This document shows, one piece after another, positions 14,915 to 28,421 of a stretch of DNA of 64,000 bases (the first letter of the stretch is position 1; every line of letters begins with the position of its first letter). The position numbers were made by a program, and so were the translations under genes. The DNA lies in the NCBI RefSeq assembly GCF_021869535.1, contig NW_026262712.1, forward strand, positions 41,540,001-41,604,000. Direction: 5' to 3'. Under the pieces are notes generated by a model. That model did not search any database, had not been told where the DNA came from, and saw nothing but the letters and a program-made list of their open reading frames with translations. The DNA is from Mytilus californianus (taxonomy: Eukaryota).

Positions 14915-15112
14915 ACATTGTTAAACTCAAAATCATATAAATGTACTAAAAATTAAAAAACAAATACAAGACCAGGGGCTTCTAACTTGGGACAGACGCA
15001 AAAATGAGGCGGGGATAAACATGTTTTGTGACATCTCAATCCATCCCTATACCTCTGGCCAATATCGAATAAACAAACACACAGCAATACGCACATTAAA
15101 CCAATGTTTAAA
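14915..15112 (-). repeat. Family A copy, left part (continues at 18976-19050)
   Basis: Ends cacagcaatacgcac...gtttaaa and resumes aaaagaagtcc..gtccgatgtcagaa at 18977. Confidence 0.8.
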
Positions 15113-15574
15113 GGTGTATTACACCATTGATTTTCCCCTATTAGTCTTTGTTAAATTTGCACTTTTCAAAAAATTAATGAGAATTTATCTTTGTTTCAAA
15201 TAAAGAAATACTTGGCATTAGTAAAGTTTTATCCTGTCCAGTAATATAGAAAAAAAATCACATAACATTTCAGTGCATATAAGAAAATAACCATCACTTG
15301 AAGTTAACCAATAAAATTTTCCCTCTTTTTAACCTGTTTACAAGCTTTAGTAACCATGTAATCTCAAGTTACCAAAATATTCTATAGAAACCCCAAATAA
15401 AAAAAAATGGTGCTTTGAAATACCCCAGATATATGTTTATGACTCAGAAATGTTTTACTGCAATGAAATGTAGGATCAATTACCAACAACTGTCAAATTC
15501 AAGGGAATATTTTTTTTCGACCTATTTTCGTAGGCAACCGGATGTGACGTACTATGATTTGGTGGTATTACACC
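15113..15574. mobile_element. About 460-bp MITE with GGTGTAATACCACC-type TIRs (Kolobok-like), copy 1
   Basis: ggtgtattacacc...ggtggtattacacc, flanked by taaa; body matches 18626-18975. Confidence 0.75.
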
Positions 15575-16470
15575 TAAAGAAGACTTTTTTGTTAAAAAAA
15601 CTAAATGTGACTTTTTTCCTTAGTAATACTGGTTGTTTCAAGCATTCTTGTCAAGTTTTGTCATAATCAGTTCAATAGTTTGCGAAAAATGGAGTACATT
15701 GTAAGACGACATTTACAGCGATTCGAGCTAAATTTTCTTCGAAAAATCCAAACCAAGCCGCATCATGATAGAATATCGTGTGGACCAATAAATGATCAAA
15801 TTATCTCATCTGCCTAAAAACAGCTGACTATAATACAAAAGATGACTTAAGGATGATAAATACTACTAATTGACCTCTTTGTCTGCCTTATAAGGTCTGT
15901 TTTGGTCTATTTATACGTCTCATGCCCTCAAAATTTCTACTTTTTCGGCCAATACATAAACATTTGGGGTAACTTTCACTCATTTATGATATAAATGTTG
16001 TAATAAATGATTAATTGAAGTATTCAAGCTGAATGAACTATCCGTTTAAAAGTTTACTGTCTCAAAGGAGGTTTCAATAAGTCCTTACGTAAAACTTAAA
16101 TTTACGCCGCGTTCCATAGAGGGACATAAAAAGCTTCTCTTTATGTGAAAATTTGTTGTTACTGCTTTAAAAATAATTTAATTTACTTAAAACTATATAC
16201 TTATTAATGTATTTCTTTTTATTTCCTAGTATAGCAGAATATAAGAAATAAGGAGAAAAAGCTCCCCAAAAACTCTAAGTATGGCTTGTTCTGTCAACTA
16301 ATATTCATGGTAAAGTCCTATTTTAAGGATATTTTATTACTAAATGTGTTTTGGAGACTCAATCCACTCAGAATATTTCATTATTTGTAATATTTCACTT
16401 AAATAGCAAGAAATTTTAACACATGAGAGTACTCACGAGGTTAAAGGTGCATGCATAGCTTCCCATATTG

Positions 16471-18975
16471 GGTGTAATACCACCACTACAAAAGTCTAAA
16501 AGTCTGAAAAGACCAGTTTTTGTCTTAATTTGCATGAACTTTTACTCGACATTCTCCAAGAGTATGACTTGTGTCTTAATTTTTCTTGACAAATTCTCAT
16601 TTATATTAAATTTGTATGAAATTTACTCGACATATTCTCGACATTCTGAATATGGTCTTAAAATTTCTTGACAAATTCTTGACATTTGAATACTGTCTTG
16701 AAATTTCTCGATATATTTTCGACATTCTTGTTTTTTGTCAGTATGGCTTGACATATTCTGAACATTTTGAATCGTGTCTTAAATTTACTTGACAGTTCTG
16801 AGTTTTACAAATCATGACCAATATTCATGATATAACTTTAATCTTTATTTCTCTTTATATGATATACTGTTGTTTCAAGTTACACTTCTTTGCAACAAAA
16901 ATAAAAGTTGGGCATGTAAAACAATTGAAAATTTGGGTATATAAATATTTTTACAAATGCAAATATGGCTATGAAATCTAAAGTATAAAATAATTCAAAT
17001 GTGGGTGTGTTGATATAAAACAATTTCAATGTGGGTTTTTAAATAATTACAAATTTTGATTCCTTAGTCTTATAAATTAAATGATTCAAACCAATCGTAC
17101 TGTAGACATATTTCATTCTACATTCATAATATTCAATGTTGATATGGTAAATAATTATTATACCAATATGTGGTTTATATAAATAGCAAATTATGGTGAT
17201 ATACAAATCATTCATTTAACAGAAGAAAAATTGTGTAATGTCATCTGTTGGAATATATTAAGTATTACACACGGACAGGATGTTCCCCATAAAATTAAGG
17301 TATTCCACACCCCAGACTACACGCAACTGTCAAGTAGAAGTTATTGCTTTACCTGTAATCAGCCATACAACTTATCAGTTGACCGACCATGCCACTACAA
17401 TTTAAAAAGTTTGTTGAAAGATGAAAATGAAAATCATCATTTTGATGACAAAAAATTGAATTGAAATGGATTTTCTTCATCAAAATTATGAAGTTAATTA
17501 TTTTAACATAAAAACAAGTTGAATAATTCCCAAAGATTAAAAGAAAATTATTATCTACTCCAGGAATAATAAAAAAATGTATTTATAATGGGTCCCATCA
17601 ATGATTTCTATAGAAATTATCGGTCTTATGAAATGGTTCTCAAACAGACATGCATAATATAGATCTAAACATTTTTTTTCTTTTCAGGAAGGAGTTATCA
17701 GAAATATTTATTTTTGATAAAAAAATATAAAATTCAACACTCGAATTTGAATAAAAATGTTTTTGGGTTGTTCTAAAAAATGAACAAGGTTTTTGAATCA
17801 AGATGGGAACACATTCTTTGACCTAAACGAAAGCCCCCCCCCCCCCTTATTTTTTAGCCACACAAACCCAAAAGATGAATTGTGGGGTCCAAAAGAGATA
17901 CAAGACACCTATTTTAGTAAAGCAAATTTGACTGGCAGTTTTGCGAACGGCAAAAATCTAAATGCTGTTTGTCAATACCTTCGACTTATATTCCAAGTGA
18001 AAACAATTACTTGAATGTTTAATAAAAATAAATCAAAATTAAACTACATGGGGAATTATTCAGGGTATTCCAACTTGGTTGCACCAAAAGGATATCTTAC
18101 TATACCAAATTAATCCTTGATTCTTCAAAGTTTAGTTTAGCCATAATAAAAGGAGTATATAACAGCAATAGAATGTCATAAACAGTGCAGAATAAGTCTG
18201 TTCACATTTCAGGCGAAATTTATACTGTTGAGATAGTGTCAAGACATATTTAAGACTGTCAAGAATGTGTCGAGACATATTCAGACATTATTTAGAATGT
18301 CAAGAATATGTCGAGACATATTCAGACATTATTAAGAATCTCAAGAATATGTTAGGACAGATCGAGACAAATTTAATACAGTCAAGAATTGGTCGAGACT
18401 AATCCAGACTCTTATCAGATGATACAGGAAGTGTCGAGAAATTTTAAGACAATGTTCATACTGTCAAGACACTTGTCAAGAAAAATCAAGAACCTTATAA
18501 GACAAATTCATACTATGTCAAGAATTTTTGAAAATTATTCAGACAAATTAAGAATGTCGAGTAAAAAATCATGCAAATTCAGACAAAAACTGGTCTTTTC
18601 AGACTTTTTGACTTTTGTAGTGCACCATTAATTTTCCCCTATCAGTCTATGTTAAATTTGCACTTTTCAAAAAATTGTACAGATTTTATCCTTGTTTTAA
18701 ATAAAGAAATACTTCGCATTAGTAAAGTTTTATCCTGTCTAGTACTATAGAAAACATTGCACATAAGAAAATAACCATCACTTGAAGTTAACCAATCAAA
18801 TTTTCCCCCTTTTTTAACCTGTGTACAAGCTTAAGTAACCATGTAACCTCAAGTTTCCAAAATATTCTATAGAAACCCCAAATAAAAAATAATGGTGCAT
18901 TGAAATACCCCAGATATATGTTTACGGCTCGTATGCAACCGGATGTGACGTACTCTGATTCGGTGGTATTACACC
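16471..18975. mobile_element. Same MITE, copy 2, split inside its left TIR by the CACTA element
   Basis: GGTGTAATAC-CAC[CACTA element]CAC-cattaattttcccc... ending ggtggtattacacc at 18975. Confidence 0.8.
16484..18622. mobile_element. Non-autonomous CACTA/EnSpm (CMC)-type DNA transposon, 2139 bp
   Basis: Begins CACTACAAAAGTC and ends GACTTTTGTAGTG. About 70-bp near-perfect TIRs. 3-bp TSD CAC (16481-16483 and 18623-18625). About 300 bp of subterminal GACATATTCT/GACATTCT repeats, inverted at the two ends. No credible internal ORF. Confidence 0.9.
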
Positions 18976-19734
18976 TAAAAGAAGTCCAAGTCCGATGTCA
19001 GAATAGTTAACAAAAGAAAATAAGCAAAATGACTTAAATACACAAATTAACAAAGTAATAAATGAACCCATTTCAAAAACGCAAAGTAACTTAAACATTT
19101 AACACAGCACGTTTCTTGTATAAAAGTATAGAGAAAAGAAATTTCAAGACATGTTGTGAAAAAATAGTGGGTACTTACACCAATATTATACTTGCAAAAA
19201 GCGCAATAACGTGTTGGAAACCAAAATCACAACAAAAAAACATTATCACTTCAGCAAATGAAGTAGTTATTTCATAACATCATTCAAAAAATGAAAAAAA
19301 TATGTCTATCCTGTTACTATGGTTGATATGGTTACAGTAACAGGATAGGCAATAGTAGACAGAAACGTCTTTAAAATGTTTATAATAACATATAGGTGCA
19401 CACATAATGAAATGTTTCGTTGTTTGAACTCATCTAAACGTTATAACGTCTTACTCTTCGCAATTTAGCATTCGCAAGTGCAATACTGCTATCGGTAACA
19501 GGATAGACAAAAAGGTAACAGGATAAAACTTAATATAGTGATATATCATTAATGTACGTTCCTGTTACCAATGAAATAAATACAAAAGTAAACCAACGTG
19601 CGAGGTATTTACTTGATGTTGGGTTTATTTGAAAGATATTGTTTATTCTCATAAAACCACGAAGTACATAGGTTACAGAGAAGTTAAAAACATGCATAAA
19701 AAAATATTAGATGAGATAGCATAATATTTAAAAA

Positions 19735-19780
19735 ATAAATAAATAAATAAATAAATAAATAAATAGTTAAATAAATAAAA
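19735..19780 (+). repeat. (AAAT)n microsatellite
   Basis: Directly visible. Confidence 0.9.
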
Positions 19781-22700
19781 ATATGAGAATACAAAACAAA
19801 TATATGAAAGAGAAAACAAATGCTAAATATTATAAATTGCTATCTTAGACTTACATTACTGGTGGATATTTTTATAACCTTTGAACACCAATTTTTAGAG
19901 GCATTTTTTTCAGTACAACCTGGAAAATAGGCAAATAATCTATTATTTCACAGAATGAATATACATAGAAGTTTTAACTCTTGAAAAACCATTTTATTGG
20001 CTACAAAAAACAAGCTTAAAATTTTTTCGAAACCTTTTCTAAATAACCCGAAATTTCTTTTAAACATGGTAACAGGAGAAACAAAATATTGCACCATCTA
20101 TCAAAAAATGTTTCAATATATTCTTTTGTGACATTATCAATATTGCATCTTTTTATATGTTTTTCTATAAGTGCTGTTTGTTTTGATTTGCTTATGACGA
20201 GGGTTGTTTGAATAAAGAACTTTAAATCAATTTTGCAATTTAAAAAATCGACATTTTTTTTAAAATGACTCATATAATACATGTATATGACTATTTGTTC
20301 TCTGATGGAGAGTTGTTTCATTGGCAATCATATGTCATATTCTTAGTGTTATAATGACATGCAACTCCTTTAGTGGTGCATCAGTGAAATGTATGCCTAC
20401 ATGTGTATCTCATGTATAGTTGTAGGTAGGATTAATTTCATGAATGTTTAAATCAAATTACTTATCTTTTCCCTGTAATTGACATAAAAATAACAAAACA
20501 CTCATATAAGTCTTATTAATGAACATTTCCTTCCTTACAGTTCAACTGCATATCATGTTTATCTGTGGATGTCTCTCTTGGTTAGATATTGCAAATTTTC
20601 AAATATTTCATGAAAGAGACAACAAGTTACATCCGTGAAATACATTTTTTTTAAATGAAATCCAGTTTTGAAACTCCAATTGTATGAAAATTATCAAATC
20701 TCCAAACTGCCTGTATTTAGAGTTCATTTTAACTGATGAGGTAAAAGCTCTATAAGATGGTAAACATCAACTTCAATGATACATGATGATGAAAAAGAAA
20801 CTTAATTGTCCATTTAATAATCCTCTGTCTCCAAGCATCAAAAAACTAAATTCCAATTCATTTGGTCTTGAAACAGTCAATTCGTCTGCTGAGGACATTA
20901 TATAGAATTGCTGTCTTTTTTCTACTTTTCATGGACATATTTGGTAGCTTTCTAAACAAATTTTAATCAGATCTTCCGTAATGGCCATGATGAGTTATAA
21001 GTAACTTTCTACTGCGGTCTCACTGCAGTTCATCGTCTCTGAAATATGAAAATGCAAACATAATTAATATACGTTAAATGAAATTTTCAACATGCGAAAA
21101 GTAATCAAAAGTTAGTGCAAACATACTTCTTCAAGAAGTTACTATTAACATGCTAACAAAATAATTCCCCTGTCCTTATTTAATATAATGTCTTCATTCA
21201 ACATTTGAACAAGAATTTAATGTTCCACACATTTTAAAAAGGTGCACTACTTTTATAAAACTTAAAAACTAAATGAAAAACCCAAATGTGCCTATAATAA
21301 ATAAAGGCAACAGTATTATACTGCTGTTCGACATTCATAAATCGATTGAGAAAAAAAAAACAAATCCGGGCTACAAACTAAAAGTGAGGGAAACACATCA
21401 AATATAAGAGGAGAACAACGACACAACAGAAACACAACATTAAAATGTAACACACACAGAAACGAACTATAATATAACAATGGCCATTTTCCTGACTTGG
21501 TACAGGACAATTTAAGAAAATGGTGGGTTGAATATAAGCCATGTAAGATGTATTATGCTATAAACATTTAAACTTCATGAACTTATGTATTATGTTTAAG
21601 AACAAATGTAAACTATGACAGGGATACTTCAATTTCAATATCAGTAATCCGCAGCTAAGAAATTTTAGCAAGCAAGTTCAGTATTTTATTGTATCAATAT
21701 CTGTTATGTCTGTGTAAATAAATTTTATTGCTGGTACAGATACTTCATTAAATTAAGAAATGTTCATGAGTATTGGTTACATTTATTATTTATGTTATTG
21801 CAATATTTGAAAAATGGACAAAAATGTGAGAATCTGCATACATGTACTTGTACAGTTATGTATAGATATCAAAATGTGAATTCCTATCATTGAGAAATTC
21901 AAAGTTGCCTTATAAAAACATTTCAATAATTTCTGAATTTACATCTAACAATATTCTTACAATGTACAAATGATGTAAGAAAACAAACACTAATGATACA
22001 CTTATGATACCCCGATACCTTTAAAATATGGGTTAAACAGGAAGTTCTTGAGTTATGAATCTGAAAAAGCTTCACACGTTATAGCGGACTCAAATTAACC
22101 CTGAACCATATTTCAGAAATGATTCTGAGAAAGATGCGACGAAAATATTCATGGGACAGACGGACGGACTGACTAAAGGATGTATAGACAGAAGTATGTC
22201 CCCCTTTTTTAAATAAAAAAAAACATAAAGGCTTGCGCACAGTGGCACAATTCATGAATAATTTTTATGAATAATATCCCATAACTGGAATAAGTAAAAT
22301 CTAAAATATATAGAAAAAATCGTAAGGGAGCTCACGTTACATTTCAGCAAAGTTTTATGAAAATTTGTTTAGGCGTTTTTGAAAACCGTGATAATTTCAA
22401 CCCTTTATTATGAATTAAGTCCCTATACTCAAAAACCAGATATCAAAAACATCCAATAGGAATGGAAAGGAAACTTGTGTCAATAAATTTAAACAATTCA
22501 CCAATGTTTCATGAAGATTGGTGAAAGCGGTTTTCAGTTATTGCCTGAATGATTCACCAACAATGATTCTTAGGCAGAGCTCCAAATAAAATTATGGTTC
22601 TTTCAAGTATAGCTTTGAGTAATGGATTTAATTTCTGCCAACAGAGACACAGTTCAGATATTTGATGTAATACTCTATTTTTAGAACGAATGGGTATGCA

Positions 22701-24086
22701 GTGTTTTATTTAATTCAAATACTGATAATTAGTATATATATAAAAAGAATATGTCAAAGTGGACAGTCGTGATGAACAAACTTAATATTAATCAGTCTAA
22801 TATTATTGTGTCATGAAAGGCTTCTTAAATGTTTTGCAGCGATTCCTTTCTAATAATGACGGTCATAGGAACATGAGGAAGGCATCCAAGTTAATCATTA
22901 ACAAAGCCTTTTAAGAAATTATATTAATATTTGGACTATCTGTTAAAAAAACGTTCTATTTAACCAGCAAGTATATTAACCTGCAATTAGTCATAATTCT
23001 GACTTGGTAATGATTTAAAAAATTCTGGTCCCATGAAGATAATTTATTCAAGGTCCAGGCATTTTCCAGAGAAAGACGCATGTTCCAGGATATGTCTAAA
23101 TAATTACTCCGATTTTAATTTTTGCTTTAACGCCATAAACATTAAGGAGATTGGAAAAGGGGGAGGGGGTGGGGTGGGACGACAGAAACACTAGAAAAAA
23201 ATGGCAAAAACATAGCACCGAAAAAAAAATAGGAAAAACAAAACATGAGAAACAACATCTAAAATAGTATGGAAAAGTACTAGAAGTTGTAACTCGGCAT
23301 ACTCAGTCGTCTGCAGTCATTTATAATGGACATAAAGACGTTGCTGTCACCTTTAAACGTCCTTAAGTTGAATCCGATTTCAAAAATTATTATTTATAGT
23401 AATTTGAAGGTCTTTATTACATACATGAACCATAAATATTCAATAGAATTGCAAAACCTTTTGACAAGCTCAAGAAATAAATAGGCATACAGGAAACATG
23501 GAAAATAAAAATAAAGGGGAAACAAGAAGCACGCACATCGAACCAAACACGAGACATTGAGAGGTAAAACGTCAAAACACGAAAAAAAGTGAAATAAAAT
23601 AAACGTTGCATAAAAATAACCCTTTACCACCCTATACAAAAGTTGAGAAATGCCAACAGCGCTTAGCAGAAAATAATATAATATGGACTTCACACTGATT
23701 TAATGGTGGGATTAGAAGTTGGAGGGGGGAGGGGGTACACCATATGTGGTAGAGCTCAAGATTACGTGTTCCGGGTTCCTCTTGAGCAAGTTTGTGTGCC
23801 CTGTGCTCCAAATTAAGAGCTCCATGCTTTGAAGGTAGGTATCACGGCTCAAGCAACGTGGGTTCCGGCAAAAAGTGAACGGTAAAGCAAATGTACCCAA
23901 CCAACTAAATTAGAAACAAATTTCAGGGTGAATGTTGAGAATGGGCTCTTTGTATAATGCAGGGAACTTGTTGCATTCGATATTCTGTTCATTTATTGAC
24001 GGGACTCGATAAATTATTTGTTGCAATCTACACATGGTCTAGTTTCGTGTTGACCAAGTATATATCATGATTTTCAATTGCCTTAA

Positions 24087-25049
24087 CATCGCTGCGTGAA
24101 TCAATATTAATACCAAAATATGCCATCTTTAATGAACTGACAACAATATCGTAACTTTATCCCTTCAGAATAAGTCTGTTTAAAGGTTTGGTTAGCTTTT
24201 GGGGTGATCGCCAACATTTTTGCGATTTGTATAGAATATTACCATTACAGATTAGATGTGAAATACATGAACGTATAAGATGTCTGCACGTTGATTTATA
24301 TTTACGAATGATGTCCTTGTCTTTTCTATGTTAATTATTTTGGCGTATCTTCTCATTTTTAATTTTTGAACTTAATTGGGTAATGTCTTAATTAGAATTG
24401 TGTTACAGTTTGTAATGCCGGGTCCTTTTATAGCCTATTATTCTGTTGAATCAATTGCAAGATGTACACACACTCAAGCATCAACCATCCATATGTAGTA
24501 TAACGATACAACAATATTCCAGAGTTTGTGTATTCTGTCATGATCTTCTTGATATATGGTTGTTATTTAAAAGGAAGATATTGAATCAGACTAAGTTGAT
24601 CAGTTTTAGTTATTATAAGTTATTTTGATTTTAACCTGATTTGAAACAATCTTTGTGATACGTTAATTGGTGGTTAAGTGCATCTCCGTCGTTGTTTTTA
24701 TTTACTAAATATATCAAGATTTAGTTATTAAGTTAATTGCGTCCGTACTATTTAACTTGAAATAACGGGTATCGCATATAGTGCTGTGTGTATTGCATAC
24801 TTGTGCGTCCATATTTCTTCTAGACAGTATTTGATATGGGGTGGTTTTGTATGTGACTCTTATCTGTTATCTTTGAATCTTGGTCCCCGAAAAATTGTCT
24901 TTGAACAAACATACGTTATGTCAGTAAAAGTTCTTGTAAACTATTTGCCCTATCGTATCCTATATCCTGATACAACAAACGTGATTGTCAATACATGTTG
25001 TTTACTCTACACAGATAATTAAAAAAAAAATGATTGATACGCAGGGGCA
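24087..25049. mobile_element. Deletion derivative of the 42943 element, bounded by TTAA and short inverted termini
   Basis: ccTTAA|catcgctgcgt...acgcaggggca|TTAAgg; interior matches 44820-45625. Confidence 0.6.
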
Positions 25050-25272
25050 TTAAGGGCTTTTACAGAAAATTTCCTTATTTTTCACAAAAAAATATACTAT
25101 GGGTCTCAATGGTAAAAATATCCAGTTTTTTAACCAAATGAATGTTAAAAGCGTGTACGGTGGTTAATTTGATAATTCTGCAACACATTCCTGACTTTTA
25201 TTTATAGAAAATATAAATACTCTAGAGTCACGTGACTTGAAACTGAAAGTAGGGCATATTTTTAGAAAAGTC

Positions 25273-25572
25273 AAAAGGGCAGGTGCAAGATGAATTCGGA
25301 TCGACTAAACCTTTGGTGTCTCGTCTTTGGAAAATAATACCGGACTGAAAAAGTGCTGTGCCTAGTTTTTAAGTTGAGGCTTTGTGGATATAAATCGGTG
25401 AAATGTGCGCATTTTTGTTGATTTATCCACTTTCTTGCACTTCGGGTTGAAACCATTCTCTTACTGAAGTACTTTACAACTAGGCACAGCACTTTTCTGA
25501 AAATTCAAAATGTTTTCTTTCTGCCAATACCTAAATCAAGTAATTTGGTATGGCTCTTGCACCTGCCCTTTT
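25273..25572. mobile_element. 300-bp fold-back MITE
   Basis: aaaagggcaggtgcaaga / tcttgcacctgccctttt, plus an inner pair aaaagtgctgtgcctagtt / aactaggcacagcactttt. Confidence 0.7.
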
Positions 25573-27345
25573 CAAATTAATTAATGCATCTGTACGTTCT
25601 CGTTTCAGAATAACATAAATGGTGGAAGGATAAACGCACAAATGACCCAGTTTATACAGGATCGATGTACGGACGTACTACGTAAAATTCCCGTACCACA
25701 AGTGCGGGGAAAACAAATAGAATGTAGCGGGAAAAGTTTCAACAGCGCGAAAATACAAGATCTCTAATAAACGATGCTTTGAATTTAAAGTCATCTTAAT
25801 ATACTTTATCATAAGAATGTCAGTATTATTTAAAAAAATATTTTTTTGTAACCGCTTTTTAAAAAAATAAAATGTTTTCAATCTATATGGCTTATTCCAT
25901 TTTCAAGGAGGTGTAGTGCGTTCTTTTTATAAATCAAATCATTATAAAAATGACTATTATTCTAGGTCTTTTCATTGTTTTGAGGAGAATATAAACTAAA
26001 AAGTCTTAAAAATGGCTACCACCAGTGATATTTTGTCATATATAAATCAGTTGGAGCAATGAATGGTAAATTACCACCCACGATCTAGCCCATCCCATCA
26101 TTATTTTGAAGAAGACATAGCTTGTAGGTTGTTTAAATGTTATCTTTGGAAAATATTAATTTTAATGCACCAATATTTTCCCATAAAAGTTCGTTCTTCT
26201 TGAAATCAATTGATGCTTGCCTACAGAATATTTGAGTGCATAATTATCCAAAAAAAAAACCCTGCATTTATTACATCTAAAACCGTCCAACAATATATAA
26301 AACATTGTTTTTCAACTATTGTGCATTATTGGACGACTAACTTGGTTTCTGGCTGCAACTCAAATCTTCAGTTTCTATGTTTTTTGACATGGCATTTAGT
26401 TCAGGATTTTCTAAACTGATCACCTCTTTTTTCTTACCCATGGGCCATGGTTTCCTAAATTTAGTGTTTATTTCATGCAGCTTGGTGCAAAGTTTATTTT
26501 TTGTTCCAACCAGGCAGTAATAAATTTTAGAAATCCTTCCTACCAACTCCCTATTGTAAAATAGTCATCCCTGATCTGGGGCTGGTCTAGTATAAATGGT
26601 GCCTTTGAGTTTTCTTACAAACTCCAGATTATTTGTATTCTTTTTTTTTCTGTGTCTGCAATATGATGACTAAATTAACTGGTTTAGGAACATAGTAGTG
26701 CAAATAGTTTTTACGTCTTGAAAAGGCCATTTTTACTTTTTCCTGTGACGTCTCGTCTACTGAATAAAAAATTGCCTTTCAAAGCGTCATTTATGTACTT
26801 GGAACAGATATTCCATGACCATTTTTACCAAGAAATTATAAACTTTCCTCAATGAGAAACCATTTTAAGGTTCTGCTGCTGCTCATCACCTCAGTAAAAA
26901 ATAAATGAATAATGTGTCCCTGCATATACTATATAATAGTTAATACTACTCAAAATTTGTAAGGGTTCTCGCCTACTTACCTAGGCTCAAGAAAAATGAG
27001 GAAAAAAATTAATAAAAATATTCCTCTCTATAGACTATACTATCTTTTGATTGTAAGTAGCTTCTGTCCAAGTTTGATAGTTTATAAATCTAATAAATGT
27101 TTTAGAAACTTAAACTGTAGACTGTATTAATGTTAACTGGCAGAAAAACTAAGTCCATTTATAAGTAAAATACTGAAAAAATGAAACAAAATTTTTACAA
27201 AATTTCCTTCTAGATACTAGCTTTTAATCATAAACAAGCTTATGTCTAAGTTTAGTACAAATTAAGGATAATTTAAGAAAGTTGTTAAAATTTTAAAAAC
27301 TTTAACCACAGAGTGAATGTAATGTTAAACTGGCAGAAAAACTAA

Positions 27346-27610
27346 GGGAGCTACCATTTGATTTTTATGGGGGGGGGGGGGGGAGGCTAGGATGAAATTT
27401 GAAAAAAAATAGGCAGGACAGGAGTTTTGAGTAAAAAAAAAAGGCAGGATGACAATTTATGTAAAAAAAAGTCAGGATAAACTAAAAAAAAAAAATTGCA
27501 GGACCGAATAGAGTGAAAAATAAAAAGGCAGGACAGAGATTACAACTAAAAAAAAATGCAGGACAAAATTTTTCATCCTAGCCCCCCATAAAAATCAAAT
27601 GGTAGCTCCT
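27346..27610. mobile_element. Tourist/Harbinger-like MITE
   Basis: About 35-bp TIR gggagctaccatttgatttttatggggggg..ctaggatgaaa / tttcatcctagccccccataaaaatcaaatggtagctcc. Inserted at TAA/TTA in host gaaaaactaagtccatt (uninterrupted at about 27143). Internal caggac repeats. Confidence 0.8.
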
Positions 27611-28421
27611 TTAGTCCATTTATAAGTAAAATATGGAATTTATTTTTAAAAAAATTTACTTTTGAATATTATCTTATGATCATAAAAAAAGCTTCTGTCC
27701 ATGTTTGATAGAAATCCAGGATAGTTTAAGAAAGTTATTAAAATTTCAAAAACTTTAACCACAGAGTGAATATTTGTGGACGCCGCCGACGGAATGTAGG
27801 ATCGCTATGTCTCGCTTTTTCGACAAAAATATTTTATTTTCCCCATTTTTTCGCTACAATTATGAAATTTTCAGGCGACTGTGGTCCATGGGACATTTTA
27901 TAACGTTATAAAGAGAAATAACTCGAGAACAATAAAAGTGACGCAACCCAAATTCAAACTTGATCTGAGTTTTGTGGTAATAAGTATTGTGAAGAAGTTT
28001 CATTATATTAGTTTTTCATCAATTGTTTTATTATAAATTAGGCAGTTAGTTTTCTTAATTTTATTGTTTTATAATTTTCATGTTGGCCTTCAAGTCGGCC
28101 TAACAGAACAGGTTTTTCTCATTATTGAAAGCAGTGCAGTTGCCTGTAATTGCTTTCATCCACTTCATTTGAACATGGGTGGGTTGTTGTCTCATTGGCC
28201 GTTATACCACATCTACTTATTTTAATATATAAAGTTAGAGAATGGAAACCAATTTCTGGATGTACATTCGGACAAGGATAACATTTAATGCCCCCTACGC
28301 TGCATGACTTGAAATTAAGTAGATATAAATGGTTATAGTTTTCCCCTACAAACATGACAAATGGGAACAATTTGCTTTTTTTTCTGAATTCTTCTCTTCT
28401 TTTAGGTTAAATCTTTCCAGA

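Noticed and set aside
16545-16830. Regularly recurring short repeats resembling a CRISPR array
   Set aside because: Degenerate units of about 10 bp without unique spacers, mirrored at the other end of the element. These are CACTA subterminal repeats in a eukaryotic context.
18389-18631. ORFs at 18389-18631 and 16468-16671
   Set aside because: They are read-throughs of the CACTA TIR and subterminal repeats.
22238-22244. Perfect RSS heptamer CACAGTG upstream of the RAG1-like gene (others near 40156 and 46021)
   Set aside because: No nonamer at 12 or 23 bp and no inverted partner with shared flanking sequence. A few 7-mers are expected by chance in 64 kb.
28335-28365. tagttttcccctac resembles the TAGTGTTTCCCC terminus at 36309/36899 and could be a left TIR
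   Set aside because: The match is short and gapped, there is no TSD, and the 36899 end already pairs with 36309.
28329-28421. ORF-track start ATG at 28329
   Set aside because: The first 31 codons run through a polypyrimidine tract and AG acceptor, so they are likely intronic. ATG 28422 or an upstream exon is more plausible.
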